Shown here piece after piece: positions 19,127 through 29,156 of a stretch of DNA of 64,000 bases. The stretch is from an uncultured Spirochaetota bacterium (GTDB taxonomy: Bacteria; Spirochaetota; Spirochaetia; SZUA-6; Fen-1364): positions 320,001 to 384,000 of the forward strand of contig CAWJSK010000012.1 in NCBI GenBank assembly GCA_963845535.1, in the 5' to 3' direction. Positions within the stretch are counted from its first letter, which is position 1. The number at the start of each line of letters is the position of its first letter. The notes under the pieces were generated by a model, which saw nothing but the letters and a program-made list of their open reading frames with translations, made no database searches and was not told the origin of the DNA. Made by a program: the position numbers and the translations under genes.

Positions 19127-20602
19127 TTACAAGCCCATGGCGTTGTCGAGGTTCAACAACGCGAGGATATAGTTGCTCTTTGCCTGCTCGAGCCCGACCT
19201 CCGCCGTGGTCAGCGCCTGGAATGCGGTCAGCACGTCCAGCGTGGTAACCAGCCCGACCGCGTAGCGCGCTTTCTGCAGGTTGTACTGCCCCTGCGCCGC
19301 CGTGACGCTCTGCCCGGCAAGGTCGAGACGATTGCGCGTGTCCTGCACGCTGAACAGCGCGCTCTCCACCGCAATGGTGATGGTCTGCCTCTCCTGGTCC
19401 TGCTGGACTCTGTAGGAGGAGATCAGGTCCGCCGCCTGCTGTACCTGCGCGTTCCGCAGGCCTCCGTCGAGAATCGGCAAGGCAATCGATGCCCCGACGC
19501 CGAAGCTGCCGGCGTTGACGTTCGCCGTCCAGTCCTGGCCAACTCCAAAAGTCCCGTTGATCGAAACCACGGGGTATGTCTGGCTCCTTTGCAGCGCAAG
19601 GTTGATGTTCGCTGCCGCGATGTTCAAATCAAAGGTAAGAAGCTCCGGGCGGTTCTGGAAAGCGGTCTTCAAGGCATCTTCGACCTGCAGCGAAGGCAGA
19701 TCGGGAATGGGGCTGTCAGCCACGGCATACTGCCTGTCCAACTGCCACCCCACCTGCTGGGAGAGGTTCTTCCTGTCCACCTCCACCGTGTTTTGAGCGG
19801 TGCGCAGGTCGAGCTGGGCCTGCGTCAGAGTGACCTCGTTCTGCAGGACGTCGAGGTCCGTGGCCCGGCCGGCCGTGCGCAGGCCCTTGTAGTACGCGAG
19901 GTTCTGTTCGTCCTGTGTGACCGTTGCCTGGCGGATGAGAACCGTCTTTTGATCCACGAGCAGCGTGTAATAGGCCTGTTTCACCTGGTAGAGCACGCTC
20001 TTCAGAGTGGCGTCATACGACACCTGGGCCGCGCGATACGTGTAGTCCGCCTGCTGGACCGCGGCTGACGCCCGTCCGCCGGGATAGCCGTCGAAAACGG
20101 TCTGGCTTGCCGAGAGGCTCAACGAGCTCACCTGGTCGCTCGGCGTTGTTTCCATGATGCTGTGCTGCGCCGTGAGGCCCACGCTCGTCGACGGTCCTGC
20201 GAGGGAGAGACCTCCCTGGATGTTTTCACCGCTCAGTCCGCCGCCGCCAGCGGCGGACGCCGCCGCGGCTGAAGGAGTCGTGGCTGAGCTCACGCTGCCG
20301 AGCGTTCCCTGATGAAGGTAGTCTCCCTTTCCCGCCAGGGACAGGCCGTTCGTGGCCTGTGTCTGGATGAGCTGGGCGCGGGCGGAGTCCACGGTGACGG
20401 TTGCCAGTTTCAGTCCGGGGGCCGTGGCGCGCGCGGCGGCAACCGCCTGGTCCAGCGTCACCGTTTCCGGTGCCGTCGGCGCTGAAGCCGCCGCCGCTTG
20501 GGGCGCGGCAGGCGCCGCTTGCGCAGTCGCGCTAGCCGCGCTCATTACCAGGAGAGCGGCTGCAAGCAGGAATGAGGTTCGCGGTCCAAGGCGTTTTTTC
20601 AT
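19127..20602 (-). CDS. TolC-family outer membrane protein
   Basis: Signal peptide; ARYAVGLVTTLDVLTA and NRPEL repeats; first gene of the MacAB-like operon. Confidence 0.85.
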   Translation of the reverse strand: MKKRLGPRTSFLLAAALLVMSAASATAQAAPAAPQAAAASAPTAPETVTLDQAVAAARATAPGLKLATVTVDSARAQLIQTQATNGLSLAGKGDYLHQGTLGSVSSATTPSAAAASAAGGGGLSGENIQGGLSLAGPSTSVGLTAQHSIMETTPSDQVSSLSLSASQTVFDGYPGGRASAAVQQADYTYRAAQVSYDATLKSVLYQVKQAYYTLLVDQKTVLIRQATVTQDEQNLAYYKGLRTAGRATDLDVLQNEVTLTQAQLDLRTAQNTVEVDRKNLSQQVGWQLDRQYAVADSPIPDLPSLQVEDALKTAFQNRPELLTFDLNIAAANINLALQRSQTYPVVSINGTFGVGQDWTANVNAGSFGVGASIALPILDGGLRNAQVQQAADLISSYRVQQDQERQTITIAVESALFSVQDTRNRLDLAGQSVTAAQGQYNLQKARYAVGLVTTLDVLTAFQALTTAEVGLEQAKSNYILALLNLDNAMGL

Positions 20603-20814
20603 CACTCTGAAAGCCTCCACCACTGAATATCCCGGAAAGTGTCCAGACATGCCATAGAAGGCTCATGAAATCAGGATAACTTTCTGTTTCATAGTAGCGG
20701 CCCCTCCCCGAACGGCCAATGTACCGGGGGTGAATAATCGATAATTTTCTGTTATGCATTTGTTCCCCTGCAATATCTTTTCATGGTAAACGACTGGATC
20801 TCGAGGAGCGCTGA

Positions 20815-22542
20815 ATGCTGAAGCTGTTCAAATACCTGCGACCGTACGCCGCACCCATAGCGTTCGTGCTGGGCCTGGTCTTTCTCTCGACGCTCTCGGA
20901 GTTGTACTTGCCGACGCTGCTGGCGGACATCGTGGACAAGGGAATCGCCAAAGGAAACCTGTCCTACATCTTTCGCACCGGCGGGCTCATGCTGCTCGTG
21001 GCCGTCGGGGGCGCGGCCTGCTCCATCATCGGCAGTTACTTTTCGGCCCAGGTGGGCATGGGATACGGGCGCGACCTGCGCCGCCTCGTCTTCACGCACG
21101 TGGAGGGTTTCTCCCTGCACGAGTTCGACAGGGTCGGAACCCCTTCCCTCATCACCCGGACCACCAACGACATCACCCAGGTGCAGAACTTCGCGATGGT
21201 CGTCATGCGCATGATGATCATGGCGCCGCTCATGGCCATCGGCGGGATCATCATGGCAATCAAGGTCGACGCGCACCTCACCTGGCTTCTGGCCGTTGCG
21301 GTGCCTCTCATCGGCGCAATCATCATCTTCGTCGCCTCCCGAGGCCTTCCCCTCTTTCGCGCCATCCAGGCCAAGATCGACAGGATCAACCTCGTCATGA
21401 GGGAAGGGCTCACCGGGGCGCGCGTCGTGCGGGCGTTCGACAGGGTGGACCACCAGAAGAGGCGCTTCGATGAAGCCAACCGAGACCTGACCGACACCTC
21501 CATCACCGTCAACAAGCTCATGGCGGTGCTTTTCCCGCTCATGATGCTCATCATGAACTTCACGTCGATCGCCATCATCTGGTTCGGGGCAAAGAGGATC
21601 AACATCGGGGAAATGCAGGTCGGCAGCCTCATGGCCTTTCTCCAGTACGCCATGCAGATCATGTTCTCCGTGCTCATGGTCTCATTCCTGTTCATCATGC
21701 TCCCCCGGGCCTCCGCCTCGGCAGGAAGGATCCACGAAGTGCTCGTGATCGAGCCCGAGATCAAGGACAGGGCAGAGACGCGCAGGGCAGATGATGAGCA
21801 GGGGTACATCGAGTTTCGAAACGTCACTTTCAGCTACCCCGGCGCGGAGGAGCCCGCCATACGGGACATCTCCTTCAGCGCCGGTCCCGGGGAGGTTACC
21901 GCCATCATCGGCGGCACGGGGTCGGGGAAGTCCACCATCGTGAACCTCATCCCGCGGTTCTACGACGTTGACAGCGGCAGCATCCTGGTGGACGGGGTGG
22001 ACATCCGCGAGATGGAGCAGGAGCGCCTCCGGTCCAAGCTCGGGTTCGTGCCGCAGAGGGCCGTGCTCTTCAACGACTCCATTGCCGGGAACATCCGCTA
22101 CGGAAGGCCGGAGGCCACGGATGAGGAGGTGGCGCGCGCGGCGGAGATTGCCCAGGCCTCGGGATTCATCCGGGAGATGCAGGACAGGTTCAACTCGGAG
22201 ATCGCCCAGGGAGGAGCGAACCTCTCCGGCGGCCAGAAGCAGCGTCTTGCCATCGCCCGTGCTCTGGTGCGCAAACCGGAGGTCTACGTGTTTGATGACA
22301 CGTTCTCAGCCTTGGACTTCCGCACGGACGCGCGCCTGCGCGCCGCGCTGAGGGAGGAGACGGCGGAGGCAACGGTGATCATCGTTGCCCAGCGGGTGAA
22401 CACGATCATGGACGCCGACAGGATCATTGTATTGGAGGAGGGAGAGGTGGTTGGACAGGGCACGCACCGCGAGCTGATCCGCACCTGCGAGGTCTATCGG
22501 GAGATCGTCTCCTCGCAGCTCACCGAGGAGGCCCTGGCATGA
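20815..22542 (+). CDS. Heterodimeric multidrug ABC exporter subunit, degenerate NBD (TM287-like)
   Basis: TMD plus NBD; SLITRTTNDITQVQ; Walker B VFDD (E to D), switch AQR (H to Q). Confidence 0.9.
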   Translation: MLKLFKYLRPYAAPIAFVLGLVFLSTLSELYLPTLLADIVDKGIAKGNLSYIFRTGGLMLLVAVGGAACSIIGSYFSAQVGMGYGRDLRRLVFTHVEGFSLHEFDRVGTPSLITRTTNDITQVQNFAMVVMRMMIMAPLMAIGGIIMAIKVDAHLTWLLAVAVPLIGAIIIFVASRGLPLFRAIQAKIDRINLVMREGLTGARVVRAFDRVDHQKRRFDEANRDLTDTSITVNKLMAVLFPLMMLIMNFTSIAIIWFGAKRINIGEMQVGSLMAFLQYAMQIMFSVLMVSFLFIMLPRASASAGRIHEVLVIEPEIKDRAETRRADDEQGYIEFRNVTFSYPGAEEPAIRDISFSAGPGEVTAIIGGTGSGKSTIVNLIPRFYDVDSGSILVDGVDIREMEQERLRSKLGFVPQRAVLFNDSIAGNIRYGRPEATDEEVARAAEIAQASGFIREMQDRFNSEIAQGGANLSGGQKQRLAIARALVRKPEVYVFDDTFSALDFRTDARLRAALREETAEATVIIVAQRVNTIMDADRIIVLEEGEVVGQGTHRELIRTCEVYREIVSSQLTEEALA

Positions 22543-24494
22543 GCGACGGACAGGGACGCGTGACACCAGGCGGGAGGGCGCAGGGAGGCGCGCGCGGAGC
22601 GGCAGGCGGGGGCGGGGCTCTCGGGGGCGCCGCACACGGGCCGCGCGGACGGGGCGGCTTCGGCGGCGGGCACATGATGGGCGGCATGCCCGTGGAGAAA
22701 CCGAAGAACTTCCGAGGAACGCTCACGAGGCTCCTGAAATACCTGAAGCCTCGAAGCTTCGCGCTTGTGCTGGTATTCCTGCTGGCAATCCTCAGCAGCC
22801 TCTTCAGCCTCTTCGGGCCCAAGATCATGGGCGGGGCAACCACCAACATCTGGGACGGGATCAAGGGGAAGATCAACCACGTGGCCGGCGCCGGCATCGA
22901 CTTCGCCTTCCTCTGGCACACGGCACTGATCCTGGCGGGCCTGTACCTCGTCAGCTCCCTGTTCAATTACCTGCAGCAGTTCATCATGGCGGAGGTGGCG
23001 CAGAACACCGTGTACGACATGCGTCGCGACGTCAGTGAGAAGCTCAGCCGGCTGCCGCTCTCCTTCTATGACGGCCGCACCCACGGTGAGATCATGAGCC
23101 GCGTCACGAACGACGTTGACAACGTTGCCGCCACTCTCCAGCAGAGCCTCATGCAGATCATCAGCGGCCTGGTGACGATTGTCGGGATCATCATCATGAT
23201 GATCACCATCAGCCCCCTGCTCACCCTGATCACGGTTGGAGTGCTGCCGATGAGCTTCCTCATCACGCGCCTCATTGCTCCGCGGTCCCAGAAGCACTTC
23301 ACGGCGCAATGGAAGAGCCTGGGCGAGCTGAACGGGCACGTGGAGGAGATGTACACGGGGCACGCCATCGTGAAGGCATTCGGCCGCGAGCGCGCCACCA
23401 TTGACACGTTCAACGCCATCAACGCCCGGCTCTATGACTCGAGCTGGCGCGCGCAGTTCATCTCAGGCCTCATGATGCCGCTCATCAGCTTTGTCAACAA
23501 CGTCGGCTACGTGGTGCTCGCCGTGGCCGGAGCCGTCATGGTGATGCGAGGAAGGCTCCCCATTGGCGACATCCAGGCTTTCATCCAGTATTCCAAGCAG
23601 TTCACGTGGCCCATCGCGCAGACGGCGAACATCGCCAACGTCATCCAGAGCACCATCGCCTCCGCGGAGCGCGTTTTCCAGCTTCTGGATGAGCGGGAGG
23701 AAGAACCGGATTCCCCGGGGTCACGGACCCTTTCCACGACGCGCGGCGGTGTGCGCTTCGAAGGCGTGCGCTTCAGCTACAAGCCCGAGATGCCTCTCTT
23801 GGAGGACATGAACATCGAGGTGAGGCCGGGCCAGATGATTGCGATTGTCGGGCCCACGGGCGCGGGCAAGACCACGCTGGTCAACCTCCTGATGCGGTTC
23901 TACGAGATCCAAGGCGGGCGGATAACCGTGGACGGCGTGGACATACGGAGCGTTGCGCGCGGCAACCTCAGGCGGACTTTCGGGATGGTGCTCCAGGACA
24001 CCTGGCTCTTTCACGGCACCATCCGGGAGAACATTGCCTACGGCAGGGAGAATGCCACCGACGATGAAGTGCGCGCCGCCGCCGTGGCCGCGCACGCGGA
24101 CCACTTCATCCGTACGCTCCCCGAGGGTTACCACACCGTGCTGAACGAGGAAGCCTCCAACATCTCCCAGGGGCAGAGGCAGCTTCTCACCATTGCGCGC
24201 GCGGTCCTGATTGACCCTGCCATCCTGATCCTGGATGAGGCCACGAGCAGCGTCGACACGCGCACCGAGGTCCTGATTCGGAAAGCCATGGCCTCTCTCA
24301 TGCACGGGAGAACGAGCTTCGTCATTGCCCACAGGTTGTCCACCATCAGGGACGCGGAGCTGATCCTCGTCATGAACCATGGGAGCATCGTGGAGACGGG
24401 CACCCATGCCGAGCTCCTGGACAAGGGCGGGTTCTACGCGGAGCTGTACAACGCGCAGTTCACCGGCGCGCCGGAAGCGGTGGAGGAAGCGTAG
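22539..24494 (+). CDS. Heterodimeric multidrug ABC exporter subunit, consensus NBD (TM288-like)
   Basis: GPTGAGKT, ILDEATSSVD, AHRLST, signature NISQGQ; ATGA overlap with the upstream gene. Confidence 0.9.
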   Translation: MSDGQGRVTPGGRAQGGARGAAGGGGALGGAAHGPRGRGGFGGGHMMGGMPVEKPKNFRGTLTRLLKYLKPRSFALVLVFLLAILSSLFSLFGPKIMGGATTNIWDGIKGKINHVAGAGIDFAFLWHTALILAGLYLVSSLFNYLQQFIMAEVAQNTVYDMRRDVSEKLSRLPLSFYDGRTHGEIMSRVTNDVDNVAATLQQSLMQIISGLVTIVGIIIMMITISPLLTLITVGVLPMSFLITRLIAPRSQKHFTAQWKSLGELNGHVEEMYTGHAIVKAFGRERATIDTFNAINARLYDSSWRAQFISGLMMPLISFVNNVGYVVLAVAGAVMVMRGRLPIGDIQAFIQYSKQFTWPIAQTANIANVIQSTIASAERVFQLLDEREEEPDSPGSRTLSTTRGGVRFEGVRFSYKPEMPLLEDMNIEVRPGQMIAIVGPTGAGKTTLVNLLMRFYEIQGGRITVDGVDIRSVARGNLRRTFGMVLQDTWLFHGTIRENIAYGRENATDDEVRAAAVAAHADHFIRTLPEGYHTVLNEEASNISQGQRQLLTIARAVLIDPAILILDEATSSVDTRTEVLIRKAMASLMHGRTSFVIAHRLSTIRDAELILVMNHGSIVETGTHAELLDKGGFYAELYNAQFTGAPEAVEEA

Positions 24495-24545
24495 GAAAGG
24501 CGCGCGGGCATGGTCCAGACATTCCGCTGATCGCCTTCCCCCATA

Positions 24546-24633
24546 TGGAGGGCAGGGGAATCGAACCCCCGAAAAGGCCTTCTGGGAGATCGCCACCTGT
24601 TGCGGTGTTTCAGGACCCCCCTTCCTTCCCTCC
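24546..24633 (-). ncRNA. tRNA-like element (acceptor stem plus T arm, non-canonical core)
   Basis: Minus strand GGAGGGAAG...GGGGGTTCGATTCCCCTGCCCTCCA: T-loop TTCGATT, 5'/3' ends pair, discriminator A; no U8, no D arm, no 7-nt anticodon loop. Confidence 0.45.
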
Positions 24634-24716
24634 GCAGACACGGATGTCCGCAGGGCGCCGCAGCCGTGCGCGGCTGTTGGTGGCGCCCCAGCGGCAATCC
24701 CCGCCTGCGAGCTCCT

Positions 24717-25368
24717 TTACTGCAGGTAGCCGACCTGCATGATGAAAAGCGGGCTCTCATCCTTGCCCAGCTTTGCTGCCGTCACGGCAGCCGGCGGCTT
24801 GATATTATACATGACAATGGACCCCAGCTTGAAGGCCGCGGCGGCAAGAGCGATGTTCTCCGCGGCGTACCCGGCGGTCCCGTTGGCCATTTCGCGGAAC
24901 AACGCTGGGGTTGACTTCAGGAAGCTCGGGGCCTTGGCAAAGTCATACGTGAACAGCAGCATGAGAGATGACGTGGGAATGAACTCCGGCGTTATCTGCG
25001 CGCGCGAATCCCCGCGGGACACCTGCTTCAGGACCTTCCTCTCGGGATCATAGAGGTAGGCGCCTTTGGCGGTGAGCACATAGACGTTCATGTACACGTT
25101 GTCCCCGGAATAGGGAATGGTCCTTCCGGCCTTGGAAGCGCCGGAGACGGCGTCCGCGCCCTTCAGCCCGTTGCCTGCCCAGAGGATGGTGGAAAGATCC
25201 GCCACGGGAACGTCACGCTTCACGAAGTTGCGTTCAGCGGCCCGCGCCTTTATGAGATCGAACAGGTCCATGCCGATCTTCGCCTGCGGATCCTGCAAGC
25301 GGGATGTCCTGGGCGAAAATACCGGTTGTCATCGCGGCGAACACCACGATGGAAAGAATTCTCTTCAC
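24717..25368 (-). CDS. Nitroreductase family protein (SagB-like) with signal peptide; apparent +1 frameshift near 25297-25303
   Basis: LSTILWAGNG, GRTIPYS, GYAAENIAL; upstream RBS GGAGG plus GTG 25368 encoding MKRILSIVVFAAMTTGIFAQDI in another frame. Confidence 0.7.
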
Positions 25369-25417
25369 GTTGCCTCCATATCTTCGGCCGGCATGATACC
25401 GGGGAGCAGGTCACGGA

Positions 25418-26716
25418 TCAAGAGATGATACCCTCCGACGCCCGCACGTCGTGCGCGGCAGCGTTCTTCGGTGGGCCGCTTCCGCGCCCGTGCCGGGGCC
25501 CGTGCCCGCGCGGCTCGATGTTGGGAAGGAACACGGTGATCAGCCCCAGGAGCGGCAGAAAGGCGGTGAGCCGGTAGACGTACTGGATGCTCGTGTGGTC
25601 CGCAATGCTGCCCAGGACGGCGGAACCGATTCCCCCCATCCCGAACGCAAAGCCGAAGAAGAGCCCCGAGATCAGCCCGAGGTTTCCCGGCAGGAGCTCC
25701 TGGGCGTACACGAGGATGGAAGGAAATGCCGATGCAAGGATGATCCCGATCGGGAAGGCGAGCACGATGGTGGCGGGCAGGCCCACGTACGGAAGCACCA
25801 GCGTGAAGGGCGCCACGCCGAGGATGGAGCCCCAGATTACGTACTTGCGCCCAATACGGTCCCCGAGCGGGCCGCCGATCACCGTGCCGGCGGCAACGGC
25901 AAACTGGAAAAGGAACAGCCGGATCTGCGCCGCCTGGACGGAGAGCCCGAACTTGTCGATCAGGTAGAACGTGTAGTAGCTGGTCATGCCGGCCAGGTAG
26001 AAGTACTTCGAGAATATCAGGGCAAGGAGGATTATCACCGAAGCCGCAACGCGCCATGACGGGAGCGCCGCTGCCTCCGGCCTTCTGTGGGCGGTCTTTC
26101 CGTCCCGCGTCACGACCTTCCCCTGGTACCATCGCCCAACCCAGAAAAGGATGACGATTGCCAGAAGCGCGAGGGGAGAGAACCACACCACGTGGGAAGC
26201 GCCATGGGAAGCGATGATGACGGCCGCAAGGAGCGGGCCAAGTGAGCTGCCGAAGTTCCCGCCCACCTGGAACACGGACTGCGCCAGGCCGCGGCGGCCG
26301 CCGGCCGCCATGTAAGCAACGCGCGAAGACTCCGGGTGGAAAACCGAGGAACCCAGCCCCACCAGGCCGACGGCCACGAGGAGCGCGCTGTAGCTATGAG
26401 CCGTGGACAGGAGGATCAACCCCACGAGCGTGAAGCCCATGCCCGTGGCCAGGGAAAAGGGCTGAGGGCGGTGATCCGTGATGGCGCCCACCACGGGCTG
26501 CAGGAGAGAGGCGGTTATCTGGAACGTGAAGGTGATGAGTCCGATCTGGGCGAAGTTGAGCCGGAAGGCGTCTTTGACCAGCGGGTAGATTGCCGGGATC
26601 AGCGACTGCAGGGTGTCGTTCAGCATGTGGGAAAGGCTGATGGCGATGAGTATGGGAAAGACGGTGGACCCTGCCGCCCTGGAGACGACGCCTGCCGGGG
26701 ATGATTCTGCTTTCAT
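25418..26716 (-). CDS. fsr: MFS transporter, fosmidomycin-resistance (Fsr) family
   Basis: SHMLNDTLQSLIPAIYP, FHPESSRVA, GLAQSVFQVGGNFGSSLGP, GLFFGFAFGMGG. Confidence 0.75.
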   Translation of the reverse strand: MKAESSPAGVVSRAAGSTVFPILIAISLSHMLNDTLQSLIPAIYPLVKDAFRLNFAQIGLITFTFQITASLLQPVVGAITDHRPQPFSLATGMGFTLVGLILLSTAHSYSALLVAVGLVGLGSSVFHPESSRVAYMAAGGRRGLAQSVFQVGGNFGSSLGPLLAAVIIASHGASHVVWFSPLALLAIVILFWVGRWYQGKVVTRDGKTAHRRPEAAALPSWRVAASVIILLALIFSKYFYLAGMTSYYTFYLIDKFGLSVQAAQIRLFLFQFAVAAGTVIGGPLGDRIGRKYVIWGSILGVAPFTLVLPYVGLPATIVLAFPIGIILASAFPSILVYAQELLPGNLGLISGLFFGFAFGMGGIGSAVLGSIADHTSIQYVYRLTAFLPLLGLITVFLPNIEPRGHGPRHGRGSGPPKNAAAHDVRASEGIIS

Positions 26717-26903
26717 GTCGGTTAGGGGAGAAGATACGCAGGTTTGCCCGGCTGATCAATCCAAGGTCGCGAAAGAGGTGACGGGTGGAGCGTGCGGACG
26801 GTTGCCGAGAAGCTGTATTCCACTCCCGCGGACGCAGCGCCGCCCCCGTGGGACGGGACACCCCGTGGGACGGGCCTTGATCCACGGGGGCGAATTCGCG
26901 AGA

Positions 26904-27245
26904 ATGAGCGCCGCGCAAATGATGAAGGACCCCGCGCGGTCCCTTCGGGACCTGGTCTCCAGGACCCCGGCAACCGCGCTCTCGAATATCCTCATGCGCA
27001 TCCCTGACAAGGTATGCGCGGCCGGCTTTTCAACGCTTCCCGACGACATGCGTCACCGGTTGTATGCCTTGACAGGCAACACGAAGGCGGCCAGGCTCCG
27101 TGAGGAAATACGCATCGAGACGCGCCGGCGCACGAGCGCCGCCATTCGCGCCAGGCTCCTCCGAAGCTTCGTGTCGTACTTCGAGCGCCCGGCGCCGGGG
27201 GCGCCCACCGTCTGGGTCCGACCCGTGCGCACGCGTCAGAAATGA
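26904..27245 (+). CDS. Small hypothetical protein, weak resemblance to FliG C-terminal domain
   Basis: 113 aa helical ORF; pattern ILMRIPDKVCAAGFSTLPDDMRHRLY...KAARLREEI. Confidence 0.45.
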   Translation: MSAAQMMKDPARSLRDLVSRTPATALSNILMRIPDKVCAAGFSTLPDDMRHRLYALTGNTKAARLREEIRIETRRRTSAAIRARLLRSFVSYFERPAPGAPTVWVRPVRTRQK

Positions 27246-27282
27246 CGCGGGCCTTCAGGCCGCCATGCGAAAAGGAGTTTTC

Positions 27283-28812
27283 TTGAACGGACCAACGCGC
27301 GGACGCGCTGACAGGGAGATTTCTCACTCCGGAGGCCCGGCGGCAAAGTGGGTGCACAGGCGGGTGGACTACAAGTGGGTGGCCCTCAGCGTCACCACCA
27401 TCGGCGCCTTGATGGCGGCCATCGACAGCACCATCGTGATACTCGCCCTCCCCCAGATGATGGAGAAGCTGCACGCGGACCTCGTCAGCATGATCTGGGT
27501 CATCATGGCCTATATTCTTGCAAGCACCGTGCTTCTCCTGACGTTCGGCAGGATTGCGGACATGTTCGGCAGGGTGCGGCTGTATAACCTCGGCTTCGTG
27601 GTCTTCACGGTGGGGTCCGCGCTGTGCGGACTGTCACCCAGCGCAACCACCCTCATCCTGTCCCGCCTGGTCCAGGGAGCGGGCGCGGCCCTCATGATGG
27701 TGAACAGCCCGGCCATCATCACGGAGGTGTTTCCTCCCCACCAGCGGGGGCGGGCGCTCGGGATCAACGGCATCACGTGGGCGCTTGGCGGGATTGTGGG
27801 CCCTCTCCTGGGCGGCCTTATCCTCGCTGTCGCAGATTGGAGATGGATTTTCTACATCAACGTCCCTATCGGGATCATCGGGTGCCTGTGGGGGTACTAC
27901 GCGCTCAAAGAAATGACCGTGCGCAAGCAGGAGGAAAAGTTCGACGGGGCGGGCGCGCTCACGTTCAGCCTGGGCCTGGTGTCGCTGCTTTTCGCGCTGA
28001 CCCTCGGGATCCAATTCAGCTGGCTCTCACCGGCAATCCTGTCGCTCTTCGGCCTTTTCGTCGTGATGACGGTGCTGTTCCTGATTCGGGAGCACCGGGC
28101 TGCCAAGCCCATGCTGGACCTTTCCCTTTTCAGCAACCGCATCTACAACTTTTCCGTGCTTGCGGCAATGCTGCAATCCCTGGCGATGTTCGCCATGAAC
28201 TTCCTGATCGTTTTCTACCTGCAAGCCGTTCGCGGTTATGACCCATTGACCGCAGCGCTCATGCTCATTCCCCTTTCAATAGTGAGCGCGGTCATGGGAC
28301 CGCTCAGCGGTTTCATGGCGGACCGCATTGGCGCTCGCGCGCCGGCCACCGCGGGGCTGGTCCTGCAGGCGGCTTCACTCCTGTGGTTCATCTTCAAGCT
28401 CACGCCCACCACGCCGTACGGCACCATTGTGGTGGGGCTCGTGCTCGTTGGGCTGGGCGGCGGCCTTTTCTGGTCACCCAATACAAGCGCGGCAATGAAC
28501 GGAGCGCCACGGGACCGCCTGGGCATAGCATCCGCAACGCTTGCAACCCTGAGGCAGACGGGCATGGTGACGAGCTTCGCCCTGGCCCTTGCCGTAGCGG
28601 CCGCAAGCTTGCCAAAAGACGTCATGATGAAGCTTTTCGTGGGTACCAACGTGTCGCTGGGCTCGGGGCCCATGCAGGAGTTCGTGGTAGGGATCCAGCA
28701 CGCTTTCATTGTCTCCGTTGTCCTGTGCGTCATAGCCGCCGGATTCTCGCTCGTGCGCGGCAAGGAAGACAGGCGGGCGCATACGCGGCCGCAGACCCAG
28801 GAGCAGAGCTGA
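27283..28812 (+). CDS. MFS transporter, DHA2 (EmrB/QacA) family
   Basis: MAAIDSTIVILALP, GRIADMFGR, WRWIFYINVPIG; start uncertain (TTG 27283 after AGGAG). Confidence 0.85.
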   Translation: MNGPTRGRADREISHSGGPAAKWVHRRVDYKWVALSVTTIGALMAAIDSTIVILALPQMMEKLHADLVSMIWVIMAYILASTVLLLTFGRIADMFGRVRLYNLGFVVFTVGSALCGLSPSATTLILSRLVQGAGAALMMVNSPAIITEVFPPHQRGRALGINGITWALGGIVGPLLGGLILAVADWRWIFYINVPIGIIGCLWGYYALKEMTVRKQEEKFDGAGALTFSLGLVSLLFALTLGIQFSWLSPAILSLFGLFVVMTVLFLIREHRAAKPMLDLSLFSNRIYNFSVLAAMLQSLAMFAMNFLIVFYLQAVRGYDPLTAALMLIPLSIVSAVMGPLSGFMADRIGARAPATAGLVLQAASLLWFIFKLTPTTPYGTIVVGLVLVGLGGGLFWSPNTSAAMNGAPRDRLGIASATLATLRQTGMVTSFALALAVAAASLPKDVMMKLFVGTNVSLGSGPMQEFVVGIQHAFIVSVVLCVIAAGFSLVRGKEDRRAHTRPQTQEQS

Positions 28813-28829
28813 GGCGGAGGGGCAGGCAA

Positions 28830-29125
28830 ATGAAAAGGCCGGAAAAAAGAGGTTCACCCTTGTCGCGCAGGTGAGCAGCGATAACCCGCGGGCAATACGG
28901 CCCGCCCTGGAAGAGATGGTGGGGGCGGACTCCATTGAGCCGACCGCGGAAGGGTTCCTTATCAAAGCGACAATGAGCGGGGAGAGCGCTCGTGACCTCA
29001 ACAAGCAGCTGCTCTCCGCGCTGCGCGGCGCGGAACGAAAGACGAGGTTGCGCGCGCAATGGACGTCGGGCCGCACAACCGAGCGCTTTTTCGACTACGT
29101 GCCGAAGGGCGTTTCCGAGGGATGA
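28830..29125 (+). CDS. Small hypothetical protein; probable 1-nt frameshift in an A-run near 28833-28848
   Basis: ORF 28871-29125 (ESARDLNKQLLSALR..RLRAQWTSG..ERFFDYVPKG); RBS GGAGG plus ATG 28830 is out of frame by one base. Confidence 0.5.
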
Positions 29126-29156
29126 GGCCGTGCCCGCTGAGCTGGGCAGGCCCTCC

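Noticed and set aside
24546..24633. Canonical tRNA (Tyr/Ser/Sec), tmRNA or SRP RNA
   Set aside because: No D arm or 7-nt anticodon loop, no G3-U70 or tag reading frame, and the GGAAGGAAG run lacks the SRP helix-8 context.
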